Below, piece after piece: positions 13,784 to 27,159 of a stretch of 64,000 nucleotides of DNA; the stretch's first letter is position 1, and the number at the start of each line of letters is the position of its first letter. Made by a program: the position numbers and the translations under genes. The notes below the pieces were generated by a model. The model was not told where the DNA came from. It searched no databases and was given only the letters and a program-made list of their open reading frames with translations. The stretch is from Octopus bimaculoides (lineage: Eukaryota), in contig NC_068988.1 in the NCBI RefSeq assembly GCF_001194135.2, positions 84,215,326 to 84,279,325 on the forward strand, read 5' to 3'.

Positions 13784-13817
13784 CTGCCAACAGAGATCTG
13801 ATTTTACCTCCTAAATC
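13784..13817 (-). other. Candidate 34-nt micro-exon of an unidentified minus-strand transcript
   Basis: Minus strand reads ctattttcatgtttAG|GATTTAGGAGGTAAAATCAGATCTCTGTTGGCAG|GTAAGT, a consensus donor and a good acceptor. The only open frame is DLGGKIRSLLA(G); the exon may instead be UTR. Confidence 0.5.
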
Positions 13818-14046
13818 CTAAACATGAAAATAGATTTTGAGACATCAATAATTAGTTTCTTGACATTATCTCCCTTTTTTAGAGTCGAAAACAATAGCTG
13901 CTATTTTTGTCTTTCCTACGAATATGAGCCAAATTTCAATAATAAATTTCTTCCATTCTCCATTCAGTACATTATTCAAATTCATGTCAGTAATTCATTT
14001 TAGTTATGTCCCTTAGTTGATATTATTTTTCACTATGCCTGGCATT

Positions 14047-14345
14047 CATTGACTTGAAGACCTTTGAAAGATGCCATCCTTTAGAATTTGGGAGTCAGTA
14101 ATAAACAGGTTGTAGGTGAATGGCCTATGAGAAGTGTGCAAAGTGAGAGTTAGCAACAAATAAGGAATAAAATTTAGCTGGAAAGAAGGTGTCCTACAAG
14201 GTTTGCTTCTCAGCCTCCTCCTATCTATTATAGTTCTCAAGCTCATAGCAGAGGAGTTTAAGACTGACTGACTGTTGGAACTTCTGTATGCTGATGACCT
14301 TACACTTTTATTTAAATTTGTTGAAGAACTGAAGACATATTCCAA
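14047..14345 (+). mobile_element. Degenerate RTE LINE RT fragment (YADD region)
   Basis: The plus strand translates GVLQGLLLSLLLSIIVLKLIAEEFKTD*LLELLYADDLTLL, preceded by a decayed DLEKAFD-like motif. It contains stops. Confidence 0.8.
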
Positions 14346-15129
14346 GTGTGAAAGCAGAAAACAGTGTAAGATTAAGTTTCTTATTCGATCTTGTAATAAG
14401 AGAAAACAATGACTGATAGTAATGTATGTTTGATCTGTTGTGTGGGTTACTGAAATTTTGCGCATAAATTCCATTTTGTTTCATAGTTATGGTTGTTTAA
14501 AGCATAACGCTCAAGCACACAAATGTGGCAAGCAAAATATCATGAATTAGTTTTAAACTAAGATACTTGGTGGGTAATGTTCAATGTTGGCCTTAGAATA
14601 TACTGTATGATTGCAAGCTCAGCCAAAAGTGTCTAACATTAATAAGTCAGTGTAAGAGCCTGCATGTAGTTATTTGACCTGCTGGAAACATCAGTCATCA
14701 CATTCCACCATATTAAAACAAAAAGGATGTGTTTGCTAATGTGCTAAGAATAACTGTTTAAATAAATGATAGGATGGCCATAGATAGAAACACCTCTGTT
14801 CACAGGTTTGCTGGTTCAGAACTGACCTGTGGTTAAACAACAGTGTGACAATAACCAGATTATTTTTTTATGTTAATCCTTCGAACTTAAGAACATGCTT
14901 TAGTAGGTGTAATTTCATGACTATACCCCCCTTGTAGAGGCAAAAATGAGCAGCCACATTTTTGTGTTTGTTTATGGCTCACTAAGTGGCAGAAACATCA
15001 TTATTTTCAGCTGTAAACAAAGCCATGTGGTCACCTACTTTTGCATGCTCAATAAGTTAACTTCATATGTAAATTAATTTGATTAAACTGGGAAGGTGGA
15101 TATGGAATAATGAATTGTTTAGTGTAGAT

Positions 15130-15703
15130 CAGTGGTTCTCAACCATTTTCTATCTATGAACCCCTTTGGTTACTATTTTATTCTGGTGGACCCCCATAAC
15201 CATTTGATGTTTAAAAACTTCTTTTATAGCTGCTTCTTTCAAAATTCCCATTTTGTTTTTCACACATTAACTTGTGCAGGTTGAACTCAGTAAAACATTA
15301 GAGAAAGAACCCTATCTGTTTCTTGCAATAAATACTTCTAAAGCAGTAAGTTCCCAAACTTCTTCAGGCTGCCACCTCCTTGGCACTTGGGCCACATTCC
15401 TAGCACCCACTCTTCACTCACCACTACAAACACTTTCTGCAACAAATTCAAAACGACTGTATTTCACAAATAAAATTTAACCTAATTAACCCATTATTTT
15501 GTTGGGTTTTTTTTTTTACACCCATAACTCCCTTTTCACTACTCCATTATCATCCCACTTTTTTTCAACACTCCCATGGATCTTCCCACTGCCCACTTTA
15601 GGAATCACTGGGCTAAAGCAAAATTTTTAATGGATCCTTAATATACTACTGTGGGTCTCCAATTTACTATTTTGCTTGCATGGACTTCAGTTGAAAACCA
15701 CTG
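15130..15703 (+). mobile_element. hAT/Buster MITE (574 bp)
   Basis: TIRs CAGTGGTTCTCAACC and GTTGAAAACCACTG; 8-bp TSD gtgtagat/gtgtagag. Confidence 0.85.
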
Positions 15704-15759
15704 GTGTAGAGAATAATTCTATTCCACAATACTTTAGTCCTGATCGGTTGCTGACATTT

Positions 15760-15910
15760 TAAACCTTTAGTTACCATATTTCTGATGAAATACTTCAAAT
15801 TTTGTTTCATTTAATTTTGAAAATAATGAAGAATTCAGTAAAATTACTGACATTAAGATGATGTTTGGAATATAAATCATGAAATTTTGATGGAATGTTT
15901 TAATTTAGAT
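15760..15910 (+). mobile_element. Second TTAA-type MITE family (partial); related pieces at about 5030-5175, 18370-18600 and 46750-46870
   Basis: Shared motifs (tttgtttcaattaattttgaaaataat; aaatcttgaaattttgatgga) and AGGGTTAA-type ends. Confidence 0.55.
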
Positions 15911-17477
15911 CTCTTGAAAACAAGAAGGCTGTGTGTTACAGAACTAGAGGCAGTCTCAGATGGGTTGGTATCAAAAAGGTCAACTGAGTCCTTGTAAGAC
16001 CCACAATCCCACATTAGAATATCTTCACTGGTGCTACTACTCCTGCTGCAGACACAGCCAAGACCATTTCTTAGCTGATAAAATCTGATTGACAAACTGA
16101 TGCAACAAGGCATACAACCAGTAGTTTACAAACACCCTGCTATTTCTTCTACTTCTTATACTAAGGTATCTGCAATAGTGTCAACTCGGAACTTGTTACT
16201 TTCATACACACTCTATGCTGGTCCACCCAACCCATTTATCTCTTCTTTTTCGCCCCACTCTGTCATCCTTGCTGTGTCTTTCCTCCTACACTTGCTCATT
16301 AAAAATCATATTTACCCAATCCTCAGAAATGATGCCTTTCAGAATTTCCCCCACCCATTGGTTTTCTTGTGGACATGTACATTAAGACGTCAAAGATGAA
16401 CATCAGCCATACCACAATGCTAACCTCACCAGTCTGGCCTGTAAAGTAAGTCCAAATGGACTGACTTTATTTAAAAGAACAAAAAAGAAAATTCATAAAG
16501 CTATGTAGTAAGTTAGCTAAACTGTTTACAGATTACTAAATGAGTGTCTTAGGATTTTTTGTCGAACTTTACACTGAAAATATTTGAGTGCCTTTGTGCA
16601 AGGCATGGGTTTTATATATAGTTACGCATTACACATTCTCGAACACACAATGCATACACACTTATTTACACAATTGTGCACATGCACAGACATATGCACA
16701 CACAGATACTCTCTTTCTCTTTCTCTCTCTCACTCGGTCTTATGGGCGCTCACATATGCCTAGAGGTGGGAGTGAACATTCCTTCTCTGAAGGAATATCT
16801 GCCTTTCATCACAGTTTAATGATCTTTGACCTTGTCTTGACAGCAATGAAAATATAAGTGACTGAAGTAAATAGCAGGAAGGAAAAGATAAACTTAAGAA
16901 ACAACTCTTTGTAAACTGGAAATTCATTTGTATAGAAGAGGCTAGCTGTTGATGAACTTCTGCCTGGTGTTAATTTCATACCAGTAATATACTGAGCTCC
17001 TCAGTTATTGCAATCATTGTTGCTGTTCACCTTTTTGGCTTTATCACTAGCTGTTTCTTTGCATATACATTCTTTCTGTTTTGGCCTCCGCATAAACTTT
17101 TAGCTCTGTGCCAACCGGGGAAATCATTGTGAACACAAAGTACCTTCAGCTTCTGTACAAATTGTGTTGGGGGTTTTTCAGTATAACCTTTTATGGACGG
17201 AGTTGAAATTCTTCTGAAATGTTGTGCAGGCATCATTTACATGTAAAGAAAATTTCTCACACCAGAGCTGTACTACCTCTGTGATCGCAAACCTTGAAAA
17301 CAACCTCTCATAAGAACAGAACAACTCTATCTCCTTCAACAATATTGCACTATCACTAAATTACTACAGGTACCAAAAAAAAAAAAAAGCCTTGTCTTAC
17401 ACCTTCTGTATATATAAACAACACATAATTAACACTCCTCAAAGTTACTACAAATGTTAAATTTCAAATTCTCTATC

Positions 17478-17515
<38 letters not shown>

Positions 17516-17589
17516 CACATTCTCAATATTGTATCTTGATGATTATGCTTTTGCTCATGTCAGTTGCTAAAACTGTGACCCAAATTGGT

Positions 17590-17870
17590 GTATTGCTAAC
17601 GTACCTGGGTTATTACTATTGCTACAATAATTCTAAACTCACATTGCAATAGTGTTCACCTATCTGGGACTGAAGTTGCATGAAAAATATTTTAGACCCT
17701 CATTACAGTACTTGTTCACATATCTAGGGACAATGTCATGGATATTCGTAAACAGTTAGAGTACACTTTATATGCTATCTTCACATCTGTGACTACACAC
17801 ACACACACACATGCATACAAACATCGTTACCTCACATTAGACATATCTGAGACAATGCTTCTGTTACATT
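17590..17870. repeat. Decayed ~60-bp-period tandem repeat (5 units)
   Basis: The core c(a/c)tatctg(g/a)gac recurs at about 17600, 17659, 17719, 17781 and 17842. Confidence 0.55.
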
Positions 17871-18764
17871 GACAAGCATCTTATACCACACATTTAAAGC
17901 CATTCAAGTGCAAGGAGTCAATCATCAATACTAACATATATACTGTTTCTTCTTTCTGACTTGTTTATTTGTACATGTGTTGGCTTTCACTTGGAGTGAT
18001 TGAGCTGGTTTCAAACAGTGAATCCAGATCAATGTAAACTGAAGCTAACCCCATCCAGTGAACATAGACTTTTCTGCCCCTTCTATAATACTCTCTGAAT
18101 TAGCTCACTATATGAACATCTTTACTGTAGTTCACTCAGTGCATCTACTTCACACTTTCTTGTCCTTCTTACTGTATCAGTGTTATACAGTAGGAAACTA
18201 AAACACTTTGCTTAATTATATTCCCACTTTAGAACTTAATACTTTTCCAAGTACTAGTAACTCAAGTACTTGACTGTAGCTCTGCCCACAAAATCTATGT
18301 ATTGATTGTTACGGTAGCATTGGTAGAGCATCAGATAAAAAGGTAAAGTAACGCTTAGTTACTTCCTTCTTACATCCTGAATTTAAAACTGAAAACCCTT
18401 TTGATATCAACCTACCTGAAATGACCCAATGTTCAATGATATAAACTTCCTGCTTCAAAGCAATCTAAATTAAAACTCCCATCAAAATTTCATGTTATGT
18501 TTCATTCACCAGGTTAATAATGAAAAGTTTACACTATATTTTTCATTATGTTCAAAATTAATTGAAACAAAAGCAGGGTATTTCAACAGAAATATCTTTC
18601 TCTTGTTTCAACAGTTGGATTATGGCTATGCCGCTGCACCACTGTGAAGGGCTTTAGTTGAATGAATTTTGTTATCTTTTTTTTTTTTTTGTGTGTGTCT
18701 TATTCTACTGGCCTCTTATCCTGAACTGGTGTGGGAGGGACAAACGCAGACACAGATATATGTG

Positions 18765-18799
<35 letters not shown>

Positions 18800-19020
18800 A
18801 TTGTATATACGCAATGTAAACAAACAGTCTCAACACAGCTTCTACCAAATTCACTTGTAGGGCTTGGTTGGCCCATGACTGTAGTAGAAGGCAATGGCCC
18901 AACATGCTGCACAGTGGGACTGAACCCAAAACCTCCTGATTGCAAAGTGGGCTTCTTAAGCATGGTAATCAAAGGGTTAAATTTTGCTGAATTAGACTTT
19001 GCTATTCACGTCCTTTTAAA

Positions 19021-19287
19021 GCAGTGAGGCATGAGAAAATTGTGGTGGATCATGGGGTCCAAAATTAAAAAAATTTTTTTTTTTGAGACAGGGAATTATG
19101 AAGCAAACATAACACTGCCCCTATACTCGGCCTAGCCAAGCATACTGTGTGAAGGCTGTCTGCTACAGTATAACACCATTCTAATGCCCTGGTGTGGATA
19201 TTTCTTTAATAATATTTCATCAATGAGGCATACATTTTTCTGGAAAGTTATAGTGGAGTCTTGGGGAAAATAGGTTGGGAAACACTG
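19021..19287. mobile_element. Probable hAT MITE relic
   Basis: The right end GGTTGGGAAACACTG is followed by ttgTAgag. The left end is uncertain (ttttaaag|CAGTG near 19021, 6/8 TSD match). Confidence 0.45.
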
Positions 19288-19739
19288 TTGTAGAGTTAGT
19301 ATAATGAATAAATACTAGTCATATACTGGGTTCAGTTTAATTCTCTACATGCTTTTCTATATGATGGTGTTACCTTGTACCTATGTGAGAAACTATGACT
19401 GGTCAGATGAGATGGGTATGTGGTAGAGACTATCTTTTGAAGCCTAATTTCCTGAGATTTATCCTGAGCTTTTCTAGCCCCCTACACTTAACAGGCATGA
19501 CCTTTTATAATAACTTATACTTCTTTCTTTGAAACTAAACCCTGAATTAAAATAGAATACCAGAGAACATTGAGAACATTAATGCAATTGTGCATTACAA
19601 GCATCATAATAGGAAAAATTTCAGCTGAATATTATTGATTATTATTATTATTGTTGTTGTTGTTACTACTAGAGACATTAATAGTCATTTGATGCTTGGG
19701 CAAACCAAAAGCAAGTTTTAATCTTAGCTTACATGTTGT

Positions 19740-19741
19740 GT

Positions 19742-19820
<79 letters not shown>
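19740..19820. repeat. Compound (CA)n(TA)n(TG)n(TA)n microsatellite
   Basis: Seen directly. Many other (TA)n, (CA)n and (ATT)n tracts occur, e.g. 6941-6993, 10620-10684, 20393-20437, 24142-24180, 24945-24990, 26397-26442 and 48818-48855. Confidence 0.95.
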
Positions 19821-19821
<1 letters not shown>

Positions 19822-20390
19822 CTTATGTGTGTATAGGTATATGTGCCTGCATATATGTGTACCTGTGTGTAATCTACTTTCAAGATTCGTTTATCTTTTT
19901 ATTTGTTCACTCGTTTATATATTTTATTCTTCATATAGCAGCAAAGTCTGCTATTTTTGTATCCTTTTTGAAGTTCTGATCCGATCTGAAGTCTAAAATT
20001 AGCTTCCCCAATACAGAATAGGCTCAACTTTCTTTTCAGGTAACATTTTAGAGGTGTTTCCTGTCACCACTACCACCACCATCTTCTTCCTGTCTGTCTG
20101 TCTTTACCTACTCTCTGGCTTACTGTGTTTCATTCCATCCACCTCCTCTTTCTTGTGTGTGTGTGTGTGTGTGTGTGCATAATATGCATTTTCTCACTAA
20201 TATGTGTGTGATTCTAACTCTATCATAATATACAGTGTAGCTACCCTCTCCTGGGGCAATTTTTTCTTGTAATTTACTATATTTAAAACCTTATCTTTGA
20301 TATGATAACTTTGCCAAAATGTTTTACAAATCCATTGCTGTCTTACTTTCCTCAGTGTTCTCTTGAAAATGCCCTCATGTCACTTGAAGC

Positions 20391-20436
<46 letters not shown>

Positions 20437-20438
<2 letters not shown>

Positions 20439-23190
20439 AGCAGCAGCTGGTAGAATTGTGAGTTGGAGAAAACACTGTGCAATATTTGTTCTTGGTCTTT
20501 ACATTCTGAGTTCAAATTCCATCAAGATTGTCTTTGCCTTTCATCCCTCCAGGATTGATAAAATAATGTACCAGTCAAGTCAATTGGCTAACCCCATCCT
20601 TAAAATTGCTGGCCTTGTGCCTTTGTTGTTGTTGTTATCATTGAGTGAGAGAGCAGTGCATGCCATCCAAGTGACACTGGGATAAAATATACAAAACCCA
20701 GTATACCCATCATGACTACCCATCTGATAAGGGTACACCAAGCACATGCATCACAACCATATATGCCAAACATGGTCTCATATCAAGACAATCAGTGCAT
20801 GACCTTGCAGGTGGGACCCAGTTAGAATTTTCTTCAGGTCAAGTAACCCATCCTGCTGAAAAGGTCTCTGAATAGGGTTGTTTAAGGATGTTGAATGAAA
20901 TGCCCATGTTTCCTGAGGTGAATTATTCAAACGCCAAAGAATTCCTCTCAACACATGGCTATGAGGCTCTTCCACTACTTCTGCTTGTGATCAGAGATGT
21001 ACATATCGTCAGCCACCAAGGGACATGCTCAACTGGTGATGGTCAAGCAACTGACAAGCAAATTTGTGGTATTGAACAGAATATTTGCTGTAGCCCATCT
21101 AGGTTGACTTTGCCTTTCATCCTTTTGGGGTCAATAAAACAAGTATCAGTTAAGTATTGAGGAGGGGGTCACTGTAATCTACCCCCCCCCCCCCACCAAA
21201 TTTCAGGCCTTGTGCNNNNNNNNNNGCCTTGTGCTTATAGAAAGGATTATTATTAAAGGCAGTGAGCTGGCTGAGTAGTGAGTGTGCCAGGCGAAATGCT
21301 TAGCAGTATTTTACCTGTCTTTACATTCTGAGTTCAAATTCTGCCGAGGTCGACTTTGCCTTTCGTCCTTTGGGGGTCGATAAATTAAGTCCCAGTTGAA
21401 CATGGAGATCAATGTAATAGACTATCCCCGTTCAAAATTTCAGGCCTTGTGCCTATAATAGAAAGGATTATTATTATCATTATTATTAAGGGTAGCAAGC
21501 AGGCCAGATCATTGAAGCAGCTCAAAAATAGAAATATTCCTTGCTGTTTTTCTTCTGATTTTATGTTCCTTGTTCAAATCCAACAAAGATCAGCTTCACC
21601 TTTCATTCTCTTGGGGGCCAATAAGATAAAGTACCTATCAAGTACTAGGGGTTTTGTGCTTTGTTCATAAATTAGAAGTACTTGCTAAGTTGAAAGGCTA
21701 AGAGAATCTTACATTCAATATTAAAAATTCCATTGGAATTGACCTTTTGCACATTGTACTTCTGGGGTTGTTAACAGAAAGTACAAGTTGAGTACTAAAG
21801 TCAATTTAATCAGCTCTATGTCTCCCACTAAATATTTAGTTTTGTGCCCAAATTAGAAATTAATTGCTAGAATCATTAGAGCACCAAACAAAATACTTTA
21901 CAGTATTTGTTCCAATTCTTTAAGTTATGAATTCAAATCTGAATGAAATGTACTTTGCCTTTCTCCTCTTGGCTTCGATATGTGTTGGGGTTGCTAAATT
22001 CAATTAAACTCTTCCCTTCTCCACCACTGGCCTTGTACCTATGTTAGAGATTATTATTATTATGAGGGTGGTGAGCTGGCAGAATTCTGCAGATGTTTCT
22101 GGCTCTTGATGTTCTAAGTTCAAATTCCACATAGGGCAGTTTTGCCTCTCATCTTTTTGCTCTCAATAAAATAATGTACCAGTTAAGAATTGGCGTTAAT
22201 GTCACTGACTAATCACCATTTCCCTAAAATTGCTGGTCTTGTGTCAAAATTTGAAATAATAGTTGAAAAAATTATAACAATAATCCTTTCTACTGTTGGT
22301 ACAAGGCCTGAAATTTTGTGGGTAGGAAGGAATTGATTACACCAACACTTGTATTCAACTGGTAGCTATTTATCCACCTTGAAAGGATAAAAAGTAAAGT
22401 TGACCTTGGTGGAAATTGAACTCAAAACATAACGAATGAAATGCCACTAAGCGTTTTGTCTGACATGCTAACTATGCTGCCAGCTCTAATTATTATCATA
22501 AAGTGGTGAGCTGGCAGAATTGTTAGCACACTGGGCAAAATGCTTAGTGACATTTCTTCCATTTTTACATTGAGTTCAAATTCCACTGAGGTCAACTTTG
22601 CTTTTCATCCTTTCGGGGTCAATGATAAATAAGTACCAGTTGAACACTAAGGTTGCTGTAATCAACTAGTCCCCTCCCTCAAAATTTCAGGTTTTGTGCC
22701 TGTAGTAGAAAGGATAATTATTATTATCGAGCTTGACATAGTTATTTATGATGGATAGAATACTTCTTAGTAATTAGTTACTTGCCTTCTATGTTTTGAG
22801 TTCAAATCCTGCTGGTGGTCATCTTTGACTTTTCTCCTGAATTTGATAAATTTATTACTACTTAAGCACTGTGATCATTTATGGTGACAGTAAGAAACTA
22901 TTGCTATAGAAGCAGTGGAGTATTTAGCTGGACTAAATACCTTACAGTTTTCATTTAATATTTTGAGTCAAATGCTATCTGTGATGACTTCACTGTTCAA
23001 TTGCCCAGGATTTACTAAAAAGAATGTACCAGTTACATATTGAAGTTCAGTTCAGATTGACTATTCTCACAATATTGTGACCCTCTGTTAATGAAAGAAC
23101 TAGTTAAGTTTGGAATTTCTGCACTTTGTGTTCAAATCCCACCATGGTCAACATTGCCTTTCATCCTTTTGGGGTTAGTATAGTACTAGT
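20437..23190 (+). mobile_element. SINE-A cluster (about 11 copies, one inverted at about 22268-22487)
   Basis: Repeated SINE-A motifs separated by (ATT)n. Includes a 10-N gap and an inserted ~460-bp element. Confidence 0.85.
20636..21100 (-). mobile_element. Unclassified ~460-bp interspersed element inserted in the SINE-A cluster
   Basis: A block of distinct composition bounded by a (GTT/ATT)n tail and a truncated SINE-A. It is single-copy in this window, so its class is unsupported. Confidence 0.35.
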
Positions 23191-24138
23191 CTAGAGCAGT
23201 GAATGATGGACAACGTTAGTTTCAGCTGAAATACAGTGTGATATCAGTTCCAACTACTTTGTTAGTATTGATTCTCCCAATACATCATCCTTACAATCTC
23301 TATACAATAACAGCTGACATATGTTGGTTTGTTGGTTGAATTCTCCAACCTTGCTTTACATTGCGTGTAGAGAGAGAAGAAGAGTAAAAAACAGATACAC
23401 AAGAGGTGCAGGATGTTGGAGAGAAATAATCATTGAGACAGAGGGAGTAAATGGCAGTTGTTAAGGCAGAATTCTATTTTGCTGAGACATTTACTTAGTG
23501 ATTTTTTTTTTCAACACTACTTCAGCAAGTACAGCGAAATCTACACTGCTGATGAGGTCATAATTAGATAAAAACATTCCCGAGTTGTCTCCTATACTCT
23601 AATAGAATATTTGCCATTGACGATCATTGACTAATATTGTTTTCATTTTTCTCCACCACAAAATTATTCCTTGTTAGCTTTTTAATGCTCACTGCATTAA
23701 ACATGTTAACACTAATGAAATAACAATTTCTCAATGATGATGTTTTATTATCGACCTCTCTTCCCCCTCGCTCGCTGGAAGGTGTAAAGGGATGTAACTA
23801 AACACCATAATGCACTTTATCCATCACCACTCGGTGTACTACTATTCCACCACCTCCACCACCGCTGCTACCGGTGCCAGCACTACCACCACCATCATCT
23901 TATAATTAACAAATCACTAAGCACTGCTAATGATGACATCAACCTTGTTCCTGATTTCTTCAGATCTTTGTTTCATGATTTAGTAATGAGAAAGTCGGTG
24001 GGACTAACTCTAAGGGCCTTCTTGCACACTTGGTTCTCTTTGGAATGTTCGATTTGACTTGTCCCTCTTTTTCTCCGATTAAGTGCTGAGTTAATAAATG
24101 ACACCAGTCAGTCGCTCCAAACCCCTCCATCTTTCATC

Positions 24139-24184
<46 letters not shown>

Positions 24185-24942
24185 GTGTGTGTGCGCGTGC
24201 ATGTACATATATTTATACGCGCTCATCTATTATCCGGCTTTCGTTTCCTCAATCTCTCTTCTCAAAATATGCTTCTATCATTTCTAATTCCCCACCACTT
24301 GTATTTTATCTGATCCTAGAAGGTAACACACACCGTGACTTCTATGTTAAATGTTCAAATACAGATGTAATACTACTATCACTCACTACATTTCGTTTGT
24401 TCTGTCTTTACATGCCTTCTTCCCTTTCTCTTTTAATCTGACCTGGATTTTCATTTTTCTTCTATTTCTCTCTCTCTTTCTCTCACGTAATATAATTCAT
24501 CTCCCCGTCTCGCCCTCCACTGTTCATTTCCTTCCAAACACCATTGGCCAAATGAAGGAATGTAGTAGTAGTCGCTGCAGCTGCTTTCTTTATCGGGAGA
24601 GATGTGTTATCGCAACAACATCGCTATCTCTTCTCACAATCACTACAACCCCGTACCTTTTCCTATGATATACGTACGTACGTACATATCTATACACACA
24701 CACACACACACACTAGCGCGCATCTAAATATCATATGTAACACCCTTTTTATTGAAATCTTTAACCCCCCCCCCACACACACAGAGATTGATAAAGAAGC
24801 ACTTGATTTCGTGATCAAGGAAGTAAAACTCTAAAGCGGCTTCAATACGCGATATATTGACGAATACAGAGCGGATAATTCTATTTTAACATCTCTATTT
24901 GTTTTAATAAAGGAACTATAGTTTCACCATATGATATAGTTC

Positions 24943-24990
<48 letters not shown>

Positions 24991-24994
<4 letters not shown>

Positions 24995-26180
24995 GCTGTA
25001 TGGTAAGAAGTTTGCTTCCTAACCATTTCCCGGGTTCAGTCCCTCTGCGTTGTACCCTGGGCAAATGTCTACTATAACCTCGGGCCGACCAAAGCCTTTA
25101 TGAGTGGATTTGGTAGAGAGAAACGGAAAGAAGCGCGTCTTGTGTGTATTTGTGTGTCCATCGCCGCTTGACCACCGGTGTTGGTTTGTTTACGTCCCTG
25201 TTATTTAACAGTTCGGCATGAGTCTGGTAGAATCAGTATCAGGTTGATGATTTCGACTAAAAATTCTTCAAGGTGTTGCCCCAGAATGTCCGCAGTCTAA
25301 TGACGGAAACAAGTAAAATATAGGATGCACGTTTGCATATCCACACGTATACACCGAGTTTTTTTTTTTTATTGATGTCTACAAACTATTTTGTCTTCGT
25401 GCAGCTCTTAAACACGACCGTCACTTTCTCCACCATGTCAAACCTACTGACTTCTCAAACAGTTTCTTCAACCTTTCCGGTTTCTTTAATGCAAAGATGA
25501 TGCAAATATGGATCTCTCTTTGTTCCCCTCCGTTCTCTCTCTCTCTGTGCCTGCCTGCCTGCCTGTCTACCTTACAGATAAATTGTAAACAATAGATATT
25601 AAATTTTTGTGATTTGAGGCCCAATTCTTCCAAGTGTTTAGCTCACAACGGCATAGCCATAGCACCAACTACCTGTTGAAGCGTCGTGCACTCTGTGATT
25701 AAATTGTCTTAGGATCATGTGCGTTCATCTACCATGCATATGTTGTTACAGGTAGTGGTGAGATAGTTATAAAGATGTGTTAATGATAAAAAGGGGTTAG
25801 TGTTAAAAACGTACGTACATACATAGTGCTACATACGTACAATCATACATACATAGGACTACCACCATTCTTCAATTATCATCATAGGCGCAGGCGTGGT
25901 TGTGTGGTAAGAAACTTGCTCCCCAATTACATGGTTCCGAGTTCAGTCCCACTGCGTGGCACCTAACCAAAGCCTTGTGAGTGGATTTGGTATATGGAAA
26001 CTGAAAGAAGCCCGTCGTTTATATCTATATATGTCAGTATTTGTCTCCCCCCTCCATCGCTTGACAACCAGTGTTGGTGTGTTCTCGACCCCGTAAATTA
26101 GCGGTTTAGCAAAAGAGACCGATAGAATAAGTTCTAGTGTTTAAAAAAAACATGTCCTGGGGTCGATTTGCTTGACTGAA
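24991..26180 (+). mobile_element. Two SINE-B copies (24991-25322 and 25886-26180)
   Basis: tRNA-like head tggctgtgtggtaagaag...ggttcagtcccactgcg, body gaccaaagccttgtgagtggatttggtag, an internal microsatellite, and tail gcaaaagagaccgatagaataag. Other copies lie at about 3500-3660(-), 7660-8035(-), 12545-12680(+), 18600-18965(-), 28615-29025(-), 42110-42250(-), 57530-57690(+), 58965-59125(+) and 59820-59950(+). Confidence 0.85.
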
Positions 26181-26394
26181 ACTAGCGAGATACATTGTGT
26201 GTGTGTGTGAGTGTGTGTCATTTGGCATTGTAGAAGTGGGATTTGCAAAAAAGTATATTTTAAAATGTCACTAATCATTAATATACAGTGCTCATTAGGT
26301 ACCTTTTTCCATTTACACGATGTGTGTGTATGTGATATCTATCCATTTACAGACATAGTTTTCATTATACATAAAGAATGTTTGATTGCGTTAT

Positions 26395-26444
<50 letters not shown>

Positions 26445-26940
26445 TGTTCTGCATATGCATTTAAAGGGAATGTAAATTATCTTGCATGGCATGGATTTAC
26501 CAGTTGGCCTAGTTATATATATATATGACTCTCACAGACATTTATATGTATACTGGACAGAGAACAGGTGCTCCTATTAAGTAAACAAAGAAACGCGCGC
26601 GCATCATGAGATGATTGCGAATATTGTAATGCGAATTATTAAATGCATTTAGGGCTGTTATTATTAATGTTTGTGTTTATTTCATTTGCATTTTTTTCTT
26701 GTGTCGAGTAAGGCCTATAATTATAAAGCTTTCCATCCGTGGTCGTCTCGTGTTAAGTATTTTTTTTTTTTACCTATGACTATATTATCTAGCGTGCTGC
26801 TCCCTCCACTTAATACAGTAGGGTATGAACTGGTGGGTGAATTGACTGCTGCTTCTAGCATATTCAGCGACCACATGTGGGAGATGTCATATCGTCTTGT
26901 CACAGCTCCTCCCCACTCTTTTTCTCCTTCCAGATATATA

Positions 26941-27159
26941 CTTTTTTACTCTAGGTACAAGGCCCGAAATTTTTGGGAAGTGGGGTGGGGGCAGTCGATT
27001 AGATCGACTCCAGTACGCAACTGGTGCTTAATTTATCGACCCCGAGGGGATGAGGGGCAAAGTTAGCTTTGGCGGAATTTGAACTCGGAACGTGGAGACG
27101 GGCGAAATGCCGCTAAGCATTTTACCCGGCGTGCTAACGTCTCAGCCACCTCGCCGCCT
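26941..27159 (-). mobile_element. CpG-intact SINE-A copy
   Basis: Full reverse-complement unit ending tcgccgcctt. Confidence 0.85.

Noticed and set aside
14046-14474. 142-aa minus-strand ORF
   Set aside because: It is an antisense shadow of the decayed RTE RT on the plus strand.
18669-19996. ORFs rich in YIYI, CVCV, HTHT or IIII (also at 7916-8271, 26211, 27726-27970, 28670-28999 and 48886-49227)
   Set aside because: They are translations of (TA)n, (TG)n, (CA)n and (ATT)n microsatellites, which lack stop codons.
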